IMG/VR virus record: IMGVR_UViG_2529293142_000022
DNA from: a virus
Taxonomy: Duplodnaviria > Heunggongvirae > Uroviricota > Caudoviricetes
Strand: one strand, 5' to 3'
Length of the DNA: 25,286 bases
The notes below the pieces were generated by a model. The model was not told where the DNA came from. It made no database searches and was given only the letters and a program-made list of their open reading frames with translations. Shown piece by piece: positions 10,097 to 18,235 of this stretch (position 1 is the first letter of the stretch; each line of letters begins with the position of its first letter). Made by a program: the position numbers and the translations under genes.

Positions 10097-11459
10097 AGAT
10101 TGTAGATGAGTTTATTCTCCTGAAAAAGCAGAAAAGCCAGCTTTTGAGCCTGTTTAGGATTCTGTGTAAATGCCTTTTCTCAGAAGTGACCGTCCAGGCG
10201 GTCACCGAACTCGATAATAAAGCGGCTCATTGCCATTCGCCAGTCCTTCAACGGCATCGTCCATTTCTGGGACGCAGACTGGATTGCCAGCCACACCACT
10301 TTTTTCACCGAGTCGTCTGTCGGGAACACTTTACGCTTTTGATCGCATGGCGGATCACGCTGTTTAGCGACTCGATGGCATTCGTCGTATAGATCACTTT
10401 GCGGATGTCCGTTGGATAAGCGAAGAACGTGGCAAGATTCGGCCAGTTAGCCTGCCAGCTTCTGCTTATCTGAGGATAGCGACTGTCCCACGCCGCAGCG
10501 AACGCTTCCAGTGCCTGCTGACCTGCCTCTTCCGTGGGAGCCTGATAAATCGCTTTCAGGTCGCGAGTGACGGCTTTGTAGTCCTTCCATGACACGAAGC
10601 GCAGGCTGTTGCGCACCATATGCACGATGCATAACTGGATGCGGGCCTTCGGATATACTGTGTTGATGGCATCCGGGAAGCCTTTCAGGCCATCCACACA
10701 GGCGATGAGGATATCGTTCAGACCGCGGTTTTTCAGTTCAGTCAGCACATTGAGCCAGAACTTCGCCCCTTCATTTTCGGCCAGCCACATACCCAGCAGT
10801 TCTTTCTGACCTTCGATATTGATGCCCAGTGCCAGGAACACCGATTTGTTGATGACGCGGCTGTCCTGCCGAACTTTCAGGACGATACAGTCAAGATAAA
10901 CAATGGGGTAAACAGCATCCAGTGGTCTGTTTTGCCATTCTACAACCTGCTCCATCACGGCATCGGTGACCTTTGATATCAGTGCCGGTGAAACATCTGC
11001 GTCATACAGTTCTTTGAACGCAGTAGCTATCTCACGGGTGGTCATCCCTTTGGCATACAACGAGAGGATCTGGTTATCCATCCCGGTAATACGGGTCTGA
11101 TTTTTCTTACCAGTTGTGGTTCGAAGGTACCGTCACGATCGCGCGGAGTACGCAGTTCCAGTGGGCCGTCGCCTGTGATAACGGTCTTTGTGGAATAACC
11201 GTTGCGGGAGTTAGCTCCTGGTCTGGACTGATTTTTCTCATACCCAAGATGGTGTGTCAGTCTCAGCATTGAGAGCGGCTTCAACGCTGAGCTTTTTCAG
11301 CAGCCGATCAAACTGACTGAGGTCTTCAGGGGTTTTGAGGTTTTTGGCCAGTTCGTTAGCCAGAGCCTGTAACTGTTTTTCGTCCATAAATTAACCTTCA
11401 TTTGATGCTGGATTGAACATATCAAAATCAGGCAATTACACAAATCTATGTACAGGCTC
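10097..11459 (-). mobile_element. IS256-family (Mutator-type) insertion sequence, decayed; boundaries approximate
   Basis: Transposase remnant spanning 10180..11387; weak terminal similarity (tgtacatagatttgtgtaattgcc versus tgtagatgagtttattctcc); no clear target duplication. Confidence 0.55.
10180..11387 (-). pseudogene. IS256-family transposase with at least three frameshifts
   Basis: Fragments MDEKQLQALANELAKNL.. (11238..11387), ..LTHHLGYEKNQ..NSRNGYSTKTV.. (11042..11284), MDNQILSLYAKGMTTREI... (10305..11081) and ..KVFPTDDSVKKVVWLAIQSASQKWTMPLKDW.. to the stop at 10180; two shifts are 1-bp deletions in A-runs. Confidence 0.75.
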
Positions 11460-11574
11460 TCTGGCCGGTTCGGATTCGTACCTCGCAGAGGTCTTTCCTC
11501 GTTACCAGTGCCGTCACTATGACGGTTAAACAGATGACGATCAGGGCGATTAACATCGCCTTTTGCTGCTTCAT
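11446..11574 (-). pseudogene. hokD: hokD (relF) toxin gene, 3' truncated: 38 native codons then RACT-stop
   Basis: MKQQKAMLIALIVICLTVIVTALVTRKDLCEVRIRTGQ matches Hok-family HokD as recalled, then diverges exactly where the IS256-like sequence begins (about 11459/11460). Confidence 0.65.
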
Positions 11575-11645
11575 AGCCTGCTTCTCCTGTCAACGCAAAG
11601 CAGAAGTGTCACCTTCGGTGCGAAACAGAGATGTCATGCTTTGGT

Positions 11646-11933
11646 TCAGAGAATGCGTTTGACCGCCTCGCTATATACTTCCGAGCGTTCTCTTTTCCCA
11701 ACAGAAATCACGAAAACGACAACTTTCTCGTCTATAACCTGGTATACAAGGCGATAGCCTGAAGACCGGAGCTTAATCTTGTAACAATCAGGCATACCAC
11801 GGAGCTTGTTTGCTTCAATCCGGGGTGACTCAAGTACTTCAACCAGCTTCTTTTTCAACTGTTCACGTACCGTCGAGCCCAGCTTTCGCCATTCCTTTAG
11901 TGCCCGCTCGTCAAAATCCAGAAAATACGCCAT
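11646..11933 (-). CDS. relE: RelE mRNA interferase toxin (95 aa)
   Basis: MAYFLDFDERALKEWRKLGSTVREQLKKKL...YRLVYQVIDEKVVVFVISVGKRERSEVY; 1-nt overlap with relB. Confidence 0.95.
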   Translation of the reverse strand: MAYFLDFDERALKEWRKLGSTVREQLKKKLVEVLESPRIEANKLRGMPDCYKIKLRSSGYRLVYQVIDEKVVVFVISVGKRERSEVYSEAVKRIL

Positions 11934-12172
11934 CAGAGTTCATCCAGCGTCACACGTACTGGCTTAGGATTACGAAGCCGTTCTTTCACTATCTCCACAA
12001 GTTCAGCATCTTCATCACTCAGGAGTGTCTGTTTGAACGGCAAGCGTTCATTGTCAGCGATATACTCGAGCATGAGACGAAGCGCTTCAGAAGGAGTTAC
12101 ACCCATTTTTTCAAGCGCGGCGTAAGAACGCGCTTTAAGTTCATCGTCAATACGCAGGTTAATGCTACCCAT
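11933..12172 (-). CDS. relB: RelB antitoxin (79 aa)
   Basis: MGSINLRIDDELKARSYA..LEKMGVTPSEALRLMLEYIADNERLPFKQ...; ATG at 12170-12172. Confidence 0.95.
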   Translation of the reverse strand: MGSINLRIDDELKARSYAALEKMGVTPSEALRLMLEYIADNERLPFKQTLLSDEDAELVEIVKERLRNPKPVRVTLDEL

Positions 12173-12183
12173 GTCTTACACCT

Positions 12184-12209
12184 CTTGTAATTACAAATGT
12201 CATTACAAG
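12184..12209 (-). promoter_or_regulatory. relBE operator/promoter (relO-like repeats)
   Basis: cttgtaattacaaatgtcattacaag: two overlapping TTGTAAT(T/G)ACA-type repeats 12-37 nt upstream of the relB start. Confidence 0.55.
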
Positions 12210-12502
12210 TATCGCACTACAACATGCTTAGGGCAAGTCACGAAGGAAGTCAGAAAGTAGTCGTAAGAACGGTGATCACTGTCCGCTTTGTGCCAGGAGC
12301 AGCCATTGCTAAGTCCATCCTGTATTGTGCAGGTCAGCTCGTTTTTAAAGAGTCCGGCCATCATCTTACTGGTACAGACACCATATACTTTGTGACGGTC
12401 AGGCTACATATGCACAACTCAACTTATTCATCTATTTTTTGCTTTAGCATGTCAGTATTGCTTTCTCGTCGGCGGGTGAGCGGTGACCTGACCTGTCGAT
12501 AA
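12197..12502 (+). CDS. YdfV-like hypothetical ORF (101 aa); doubtful coding status
   Basis: Track ORF in the K-12 ydfV position and of the same length, but it starts inside the relBE operator and has no recognisable domain. Confidence 0.25.
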   Translation: MSLQVSHYNMLRASHEGSQKVVVRTVITVRFVPGAAIAKSILYCAGQLVFKESGHHLTGTDTIYFVTVRLHMHNSTYSSIFCFSMSVLLSRRRVSGDLTCR

Positions 12503-12654
12503 AGGAACGTAACACGTTTTATGCAACACCCGCATGCGGCAGAAAATTATTGCCGAACGTTTACCCCTGTCAACAAGCTTTACTTTCTGAGGCGCGCCAG
12601 CCCGCGAGGAAAACAATCTGAACATCAAACAATTAATGACACAAGAAATACGAT

Positions 12655-12681
12655 TAAAGATTTTTTTGTGCATGCCGATAG
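12655..12681 (+). promoter_or_regulatory. Sigma-28 (FliA) class 3 flagellar promoter for flxA
   Basis: TAAAGATT-11 nt-GCCGATAG versus consensus TAAAGTTT-N11-GCCGATAA, 24 nt upstream of the flxA ATG. Confidence 0.6.
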
Positions 12682-12704
12682 TGCTTTTTTAAAAGGAGAA
12701 ATCT

Positions 12705-13037
12705 ATGTCTGTCACAATTCAGGGAAATACCTCAACCGTTATTTCAAACAACTCCGCCCCGGAAGGAACATCAGAAATAGCCAAAATCACAAGACAAATT
12801 CAGGTGCTGACTGAAAAGCTTGGGAAAATCTCATCGGAAGAGGGGATGACGACACAGCAGAAAAAAGAAATGGCTGCATTGGTACAGAAGCAAATTGAAA
12901 GCCTCTGGGCTCAACTGGAGCAGTTGTTAAGGCAGCAGGCAGAGAAAAAGAATGAAGACGCGACAGTTCAGCCTGATAAAAAAGAAGAGAAAAAAGACGA
13001 TACAAATACCGCTGGCACCATTGATATTTACGTCTAA
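12705..13037 (+). CDS. flxA: FlxA (FliA-regulated prophage protein), 110 aa
   Basis: MSVTIQGNTSTVISNNSAPEGTSEIAKITRQIQVLTEKLGK...; AAGGAG Shine-Dalgarno; sigma-28 promoter upstream. Confidence 0.9.
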   Translation: MSVTIQGNTSTVISNNSAPEGTSEIAKITRQIQVLTEKLGKISSEEGMTTQQKKEMAALVQKQIESLWAQLEQLLRQQAEKKNEDATVQPDKKEEKKDDTNTAGTIDIYV

Positions 13038-13051
13038 GTGACAGCCGTATT

Positions 13052-13074
13052 GTGGCCCTCATCGGGCCACTTTT
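13052..13074 (+). terminator. Rho-independent terminator after flxA
   Basis: Hairpin gtggccc-tcatc-gggccac followed by tttt, 15 nt after the flxA stop. Confidence 0.6.
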
Positions 13075-13439
13075 CGCCATCAGCCTTTTCTTTAAAGACA
13101 TATTATCTTTGTATCATTTCTGATAGTTAACATTACAAGATATAAGTAATGGACGCACTCCCAATTAGTCTATTTAAATCGCCACGAGTTTAACTGACAA
13201 CCCATGATCAATTATGAATTGCAACTATTTCTGTAGTCACTTTTGTGGGGACAGTCCACAAAACTGCCAACTTCCGCTTCTTGCTCTTAGCGGACATTAG
13301 CATAGGCTATTTACCATAACGCCTCATTACGCGCACCGCCCAGACTGACTCAGCGCGTTTCTGGCATATCCCCGGTAAAACAAGTAACAAACCACCCGAA
13401 AATGAACACCAGAAACGCGACTTAAGAATCTACCCTATG

Positions 13440-14830
13440 AATGGATATGCACTCAACCGAATCGATCTTGGTTTCAATCTTTTTTATCGGGATCAGGCTT
13501 CTTTTTAGGTAACTTCGGGGGCTTAACTTGCTGATGACTTTGCATTCGGCGCGTAAGCCAGGGATGGTCAGCTTTAGGTTTAACATAGTATTTTGAGCGT
13601 AAATCAATACGGGCATTATCCACTCGTTCATGGACACTCTTTTCATCATCCAGTGGTATAGGCTCCGGGCCATCAACATACTTTTCCCAGCCCAGCGCTT
13701 TCCCGTCATACAGAACGTTAATTTCACCGTCAAAGTTCTCGCATACAGTAACAACCGAATGCCTAAGTCGATATCCCCGGCCCTCACTGCGTACCTGAAA
13801 CGCACTGCTTTTGTACTGGAAAGTGAGATTTTTAGACAGAACGCGCTTCGCCTGTAGGCTGAAGATATAACCCAGTTCCTCTTCAGAATGGTGCACATCA
13901 AGATGAGCATTATCAGTAGTACGAGGCGACGTAGCGAACCGGTTGTTATAGGCTTCAATAAAGGTCGGCAACCATGCATTTGCTGTTTCAATATCACTGA
14001 TATTCTGAAGCCGCATTTCTTTGACCAGCCTGTCCTGTAGTGTCTGATTGGCGCGCTCTACCCGCCCTTTTGCCTGCGGGCTGTTGGCATGGATTGGCTC
14101 GATGCCCAGTGTCTTTATCGCACGAGTGAACTGGGTCAGCTCACCTTCCCGCTCTGGGTTATTTACCCTGAATATACTGTGTCTATCAGAGTAGAGAGCG
14201 AGCGGTACGCCATGATCATTAAGGTAACCCCGGAGGGTTTCCATGTAAGCCCGGGTTGTTTCAGCAGGCACAAAACGCAACGCCATCAACGCACTGGTGG
14301 CATCATCAATGAAAACGATCAGTGTACATCTGGGGCCTCGATTTTCAAACCAGTCATGAGGTGAGCCATCAATCTGGATCAGTTCACCGTAAGATGGTCG
14401 TCGCATGCGGCGTTGATATATACGGGCAATTTTACGACGGCGTTCACGCCATAACCCCTCTTCTATCATCCACTTTCTGAGAGTTTCAACGGATAAAGAT
14501 AAACCGTGTATCTCGCGCAATTTTTCGCACGCAAACGTAGGTCCAAAATCAGCGTAACGGCCTTTGAGGAGTGAAATTACTGTTGCTCTGAATTCAGTAG
14601 AAAAGGAATTATTAGGACGCTTTCCACGTCGGTGGGAAACCAGACCAGAAGGCCCTTCATTTCTATACCGTTGCACCAGACGTTTAACCTGCCGAATAGA
14701 AATGCCAATGCGTGCCGCAGCTTGTTCCTGAATAATCTGAAGTCGGTGGAGTTCCTTATGACTCATCGTAACAGTCTCTTTGATCATGAAAAATCCCCCA
14801 GAGAATTGTCTGGGGACATTTTAGAATGGT
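13440..14830 (-). mobile_element. IS element carrying an rve-type transposase (IS481/ISNCY-like); ends not determined
   Basis: Single long transposase ORF; I could not identify terminal inverted repeats or a target duplication, so the coordinates are only a bracket around the gene. Confidence 0.35.
13474..14787 (-). CDS. DDE transposase with N-terminal helix-turn-helix and rve integrase-core domain (437 aa)
   Basis: LIVFIDDATS, LALYSDRHSIF and SPQAKGRVERANQTLQDRL motifs (D, D, E); basic C-terminal tail. Confidence 0.85.
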   Translation of the reverse strand: MIKETVTMSHKELHRLQIIQEQAAARIGISIRQVKRLVQRYRNEGPSGLVSHRRGKRPNNSFSTEFRATVISLLKGRYADFGPTFACEKLREIHGLSLSVETLRKWMIEEGLWRERRRKIARIYQRRMRRPSYGELIQIDGSPHDWFENRGPRCTLIVFIDDATSALMALRFVPAETTRAYMETLRGYLNDHGVPLALYSDRHSIFRVNNPEREGELTQFTRAIKTLGIEPIHANSPQAKGRVERANQTLQDRLVKEMRLQNISDIETANAWLPTFIEAYNNRFATSPRTTDNAHLDVHHSEEELGYIFSLQAKRVLSKNLTFQYKSSAFQVRSEGRGYRLRHSVVTVCENFDGEINVLYDGKALGWEKYVDGPEPIPLDDEKSVHERVDNARIDLRSKYYVKPKADHPWLTRRMQSHQQVKPPKLPKKKPDPDKKD

Positions 14831-15121
14831 TCAAAGGGGACATTACAGCTTGGTGTTAACAATAGCCTGCTTCTCCGTGCCTTTCGGCACGTAAGAGGCT
14901 AACCTACATGTGTCTAGCATGAAATTGGCCTCAGATTAATGTTAAGCGTCTTGCAGGACGCGTAATGTTAACTGGGGCTTTTCTCTATCTGCCGTTGGTG
15001 TCCATGCCCGAGGCAGATAGCCTCAAGCACCCGCAGTCATTCTACTTAACTAAGATTTCCCCGCAAACCGTTTTTGTCCAGCACAGTAAATATCCAACTA
15101 AACCAATGGAGTTCGCTGTAT

Positions 15122-15301
15122 TTACCGCCAGTATTCAATGCACATGACCGCCATGAACACCCCTAAAAAAAGGGCATTTATATATCCAAATATTAATATC
15201 AAAACATCAACTTTTTCCATATACCTTGCTGTGAAGATGATGGGCATACATGATGCGAACAACCAGAACGCAACAAACAAAAACTGCAATGCGTTTTTCA
15301 T
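15122..15301 (-). CDS. Small membrane protein, 59 aa, two predicted transmembrane helices
   Basis: MKNALQFLFVAFWLFASCMPIIFTARYMEKVDVLILIFGYINALFLGVFMAVMCIEYWR; strong TAGGAGGAATA Shine-Dalgarno before the ATG at 15299-15301; the track ORF (15122..15340) starts earlier. Confidence 0.5.
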   Translation of the reverse strand: MKNALQFLFVAFWLFASCMPIIFTARYMEKVDVLILIFGYINALFLGVFMAVMCIEYWR

Positions 15302-15555
15302 TATTCCTCCTACAATCAATGTGCAATTACATTTAAACACACCTCAATTTGGCCGGACATATAAATATCTAAACCAGAAAAAATCACTTACATAGCGTTA
15401 CAAACTCTTTAGTCTAAAGGTTCATCGTAAAACATTCCCCATACTTATCAGTCCGTTCCGCGCCAGGTAGCTCATTGCCTTATCTGGCAACCTGTAATCA
15501 GGTTTCCGCTTTTTCAGTTGGCTGGTCGTTTAACCGACATAGTTAACCCATTAAT

Positions 15556-15843
15556 CTAGTTGCCGGATGTTGGTGGATTTTCGCGTTTTAGTTGTTCATA
15601 AAAGTGCACAGCTTTAACCAATTCTTCTGATGTAACCGGGACTGGTGAGGCAGTGAATAAGGCCTGAATTTGATAGTTCGGCCTGTCGTTACAATCCTCT
15701 TTTTTCGGTACATATTTCCAGTCACCAGACCACTACTTCCCCTGAAAGTCCGTAACGCCTTTTTTCACGTAGCGATATCGCCATGTCACTGGTTTTGCTT
15801 GCCCCGCCGTTTCATGCCCTTCCTGATAATTAATCTCGCTCAT
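15556..15843 (-). pseudogene. Nin-region-like ORF (95 codons) interrupted by an in-frame TAG at codon 37
   Basis: MSEINYQEGHETAGQAKPVTWRYRYVKKGVTDFQGK-TAG-WSGDWKYVPKKEDCNDRPNYQIQALFTASPVPVTSEELVKAVHFYEQLKRENPPTSGN; its ATG overlaps the stop of the upstream ORF (ATGA). Confidence 0.4.
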
Positions 15844-16031
15844 TCATCGCCCCACTCATCACAATATGCTTCGACCGGAGTTTTTCCCGCTTCATAGTCA
15901 TCACGCTAGGATTCGACATCAGCAGCACTTCCACCGCGTAACTCACCATAGTCCATTAATAGTTCATCCCGCTCTTCAAAACTGATGTTATATTTAGCTG
16001 AACAAAAATCAGCCACTTTGTTCTTCCTCAT
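15840..16031 (-). pseudogene. Small acidic ORF (64 codons) interrupted by an in-frame TAG at codon 42
   Basis: MRKNKVADFCSAKYNISFEERDELLMDYGELRGGSAADVES-TAG-RDDYEAGKTPVEAYCDEWGDE; TGA overlaps the ATG of the next ORF. Confidence 0.35.
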
Positions 16032-16080
16032 CGTCTTTTATTTCGTGGTATGAGTAATTGCAGTAGTTAAAGAAAATTTC

Positions 16081-16191
16081 TTATGCTCCGTCATGAATTT
16101 CATCAGGTGTTGCGTCATCGTCCACTTCGAATACATCCTCAAAATCTCCACCAGCTATTCCCGTTTCAATAATAATTTTGAACTTTCGCAT
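16081..16191 (-). CDS. Candidate small acidic protein (36 aa)
   Basis: MRKFKIIIETGIAGGDFEDVFEVDDDATPDEIHDGA; weak Shine-Dalgarno; a GC hairpin (ccgccc-tttc-gggcgg) lies just upstream. Confidence 0.25.
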   Translation of the reverse strand: MRKFKIIIETGIAGGDFEDVFEVDDDATPDEIHDGA

Positions 16192-16453
16192 TTCACTACC
16201 GCCCTTTCGGGCGGCCTCCTGATGTTCTGAGGGTGCAGAAATCCATCCGGTTAAGGATTAAATTTTATTTACAGAACTGAATTTAATTATTCAGATATAC
16301 GTATCTGTAGCCTTACGAATCTACTCACTGGATGCCTCTTTCATAAAAATAATCCAGTGGGTTTTATCGTTTTTTCCCTGTTCGTTGACAGATAACAGGT
16401 TTTCTGTCTGTCAGTGCCAGAATCTGGCTTACCGGTATTTGCGTTTCATTCCA

Positions 16454-16810
16454 TTAAAAAATCAGAACGCCGTGCGGCCTCAACACCCGAAAGGCTTCTT
16501 TAAATCTCTGTCGCAAATCATCACGCCAGGCATCTTTATTCAGCCGTCCATATTTCTTTCCCATCCAGGCGTTATCACCAACACGCTCAAGATGCGGAGG
16601 GTCTAATACAACCATCGAAAAAGATGCGTCTGCAAATGATAATGCACGAAAATCTGCGATAATGTCAGGGTTGATAATCAAGCGTCTCCCATTGCGTAAT
16701 GTGTATCCTTCTTTTCTGATATCGCTGAATATCGCCCGTTCGTCAGACTTATCGAACCAGAACATGCGGCTGCCACAGCACATATCAAGAATGGTTGCCG
16801 GTGCACTCAC
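16454..16810 (-). CDS. Short SAM-dependent DNA methyltransferase-like protein (118 aa), probably C-terminally truncated
   Basis: Motif I-like ILDMCCGSRMF and motif IV VVLDPPH; GTG start overlaps the upstream stop (GTGA); no continuation in any frame downstream. Confidence 0.5.
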   Translation of the reverse strand: MSAPATILDMCCGSRMFWFDKSDERAIFSDIRKEGYTLRNGRRLIINPDIIADFRALSFADASFSMVVLDPPHLERVGDNAWMGKKYGRLNKDAWRDDLRQRFKEAFRVLRPHGVLIF

Positions 16811-17229
16811 TGCGCCACGTCCTGAAAATTACCCTGATAGAAAGCCAGTATGCGCTGCATAACTTCGCTCTTCCGGCACTCGCGACAGATTATGTTTAGG
16901 CGACTGTCGTAGCGACGTATTTCTCCGTCAGGTGATGACCAGATAAGGTCCGGATCAACCACAGCAGGTTTCTTCACCTTTGCCCTCGAGAGTTTTTTGC
17001 GGGCGTTTTGCCAGTCCTTACGCGCCTGTTCAGAGGGGAATAACCCGTAGCCGGAGTTGTATACATCGCCACTGGCTACCAGCTCTCTGGCAAGAACGCT
17101 CATCAGATATCTAGTCGCACCTGTTTTAGCTTCCAGTTGCCGTAACGTCTCACGGCCGCTCTGGCGCACGAGTTCCACCACCTGCCATTTAATTTTTTCC
17201 CGCTCTTCTTGTGTAAAAACTTTTGCCAC
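16807..17229 (-). CDS. Hypothetical early-region protein (140 aa)
   Basis: GTG start preceded by AAGGGGGA Shine-Dalgarno; coupled to the methyltransferase-like ORF; no family recognised. Confidence 0.55.
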   Translation of the reverse strand: MAKVFTQEEREKIKWQVVELVRQSGRETLRQLEAKTGATRYLMSVLARELVASGDVYNSGYGLFPSEQARKDWQNARKKLSRAKVKKPAVVDPDLIWSSPDGEIRRYDSRLNIICRECRKSEVMQRILAFYQGNFQDVAQ

Positions 17230-17269
17230 AAGTCCCCCTTAAAATTACCTCATGACCTGAAATCAACAC

Positions 17270-18235
17270 TTATCCTCTGAAACCAGGCGGAATTTCTGTA
17301 TCCGGTTCAGAAATATGATTAACACAACGCTGTACAGGTGAACGTCCCAGGCGGATGACCAGTTCGTCCCATTTTTCGCGGAGCTTTGACGGGCTCATGA
17401 TGTTTTTTACCCAGAATGGATCTCGCTGAACCCGACCAAACATTTCGCAAATTTGTCTGTGGCTTCTGCCATCCAGCATCCGCATTGTGCGCACGTCATT
17501 GGCCCAGGCAGTCCAGTTAGGCTCTTTTGGTCGCATGATCTCGCCATCATCACTGGCTGCCTGTTCGTAGAGACCCACGATCCGCCCCCAGATCCACTGC
17601 GCACACGCCAAATCCTCCCTGCTACCCCACTGGCGTTTTTTCGCACTAAACACAACCGCGTCGGAGTTCCGGGTTAAAAAATCCTGTTCAGTCGTCTGCG
17701 GGTCCGGTTGCGAAGCTTCCGGACGAAAAGTGTTTTTATTCTCTGTAGTAATCTCTGTTGTATTCTCTGTAAGATCATCAGGCCATTTTGACCCGATGAC
17801 ATTGGGTCGTTTTGAATCAATGGAGCGTTTCATTTTGACCTCTTCCATCGTGTCATTTTGACCTGATGGAGCGGCGCATTTTGAACCGATGGATTCGCTC
17901 AATTTGCCACCATCTAAAAGCTCGCTCCCATAGTTGATCGTGTAGAAATTGGTCATATCGCGCTTTGATTTATTGAGCTTTTCACAACGCAAAAGCCCCA
18001 GCGTTTTCAGACTTGCAAACGCGCGCTTTAACGTTGACTCTGACCAGAATGGGAACTGTTCCAGCCATTGTTCCGTTGTGTTATAAATCCAGCGAACACC
18101 ATCACATTCCATGCCGGAGTTGGTATCTCTCAACCAGTAGTGCAGTTGTTGCAAAACAATGGCTTCGTTTAAGCCAATTTTCATTGCCAGCTGCGTGTTT
18201 ATAACCAGTGGGCGTTCAGCAAAAAGAAGGCTCAT
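17270..18235 (-). CDS. Replication initiation protein, phage replisome-organiser (O-like/DnaD-like) N-terminal domain, 321 aa from ATG
   Basis: MSLLFAERPLVINTQLAMKIGLNEAIVLQQLHYWL...WSESTLKRAFASLKTLGLL; iteron array inside the gene; track ORF starts at a TTG (18289). Confidence 0.8.
   Translation of the reverse strand: MSLLFAERPLVINTQLAMKIGLNEAIVLQQLHYWLRDTNSGMECDGVRWIYNTTEQWLEQFPFWSESTLKRAFASLKTLGLLRCEKLNKSKRDMTNFYTINYGSELLDGGKLSESIGSKCAAPSGQNDTMEEVKMKRSIDSKRPNVIGSKWPDDLTENTTEITTENKNTFRPEASQPDPQTTEQDFLTRNSDAVVFSAKKRQWGSREDLACAQWIWGRIVGLYEQAASDDGEIMRPKEPNWTAWANDVRTMRMLDGRSHRQICEMFGRVQRDPFWVKNIMSPSKLREKWDELVIRLGRSPVQRCVNHISEPDTEIPPGFRG
17784..17914. repeat. Iteron array: six CATTTTGACC-like repeats at about 23-bp spacing; putative prophage replication origin
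   Basis: Repeat starts at 17784, 17808, 17831, 17854, 17877, 17900; lies in the low-complexity linker of the O-like gene. Confidence 0.6.

Noticed and set aside
8650-10392. Plus-strand ORFs 8650..9066, 9060..9323, 9692..10105 and 9967..10392
   Set aside because: Antisense to ydfU, rem and the IS256-family transposase remnant.
11297-11593. 98-aa minus-strand ORF overlapping hokD in another frame (possible mok-like leader ORF)
   Set aside because: Most of it runs through the IS256-derived sequence downstream of the hokD truncation; composition is not protein-like and it cannot pre-date the insertion.
13422-13997. 191-aa minus-strand ORF
   Set aside because: Overlaps the 3' part of the rve transposase gene in a different frame; the transposase frame carries the DDE motifs.
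15556-16031. Stop-codon reassignment (TAG as a sense codon)
   Set aside because: The rest of the window terminates genes normally at TAG (for example Rz and hokD), so global recoding is not supported; pseudogenisation or suppressor dependence fits better.
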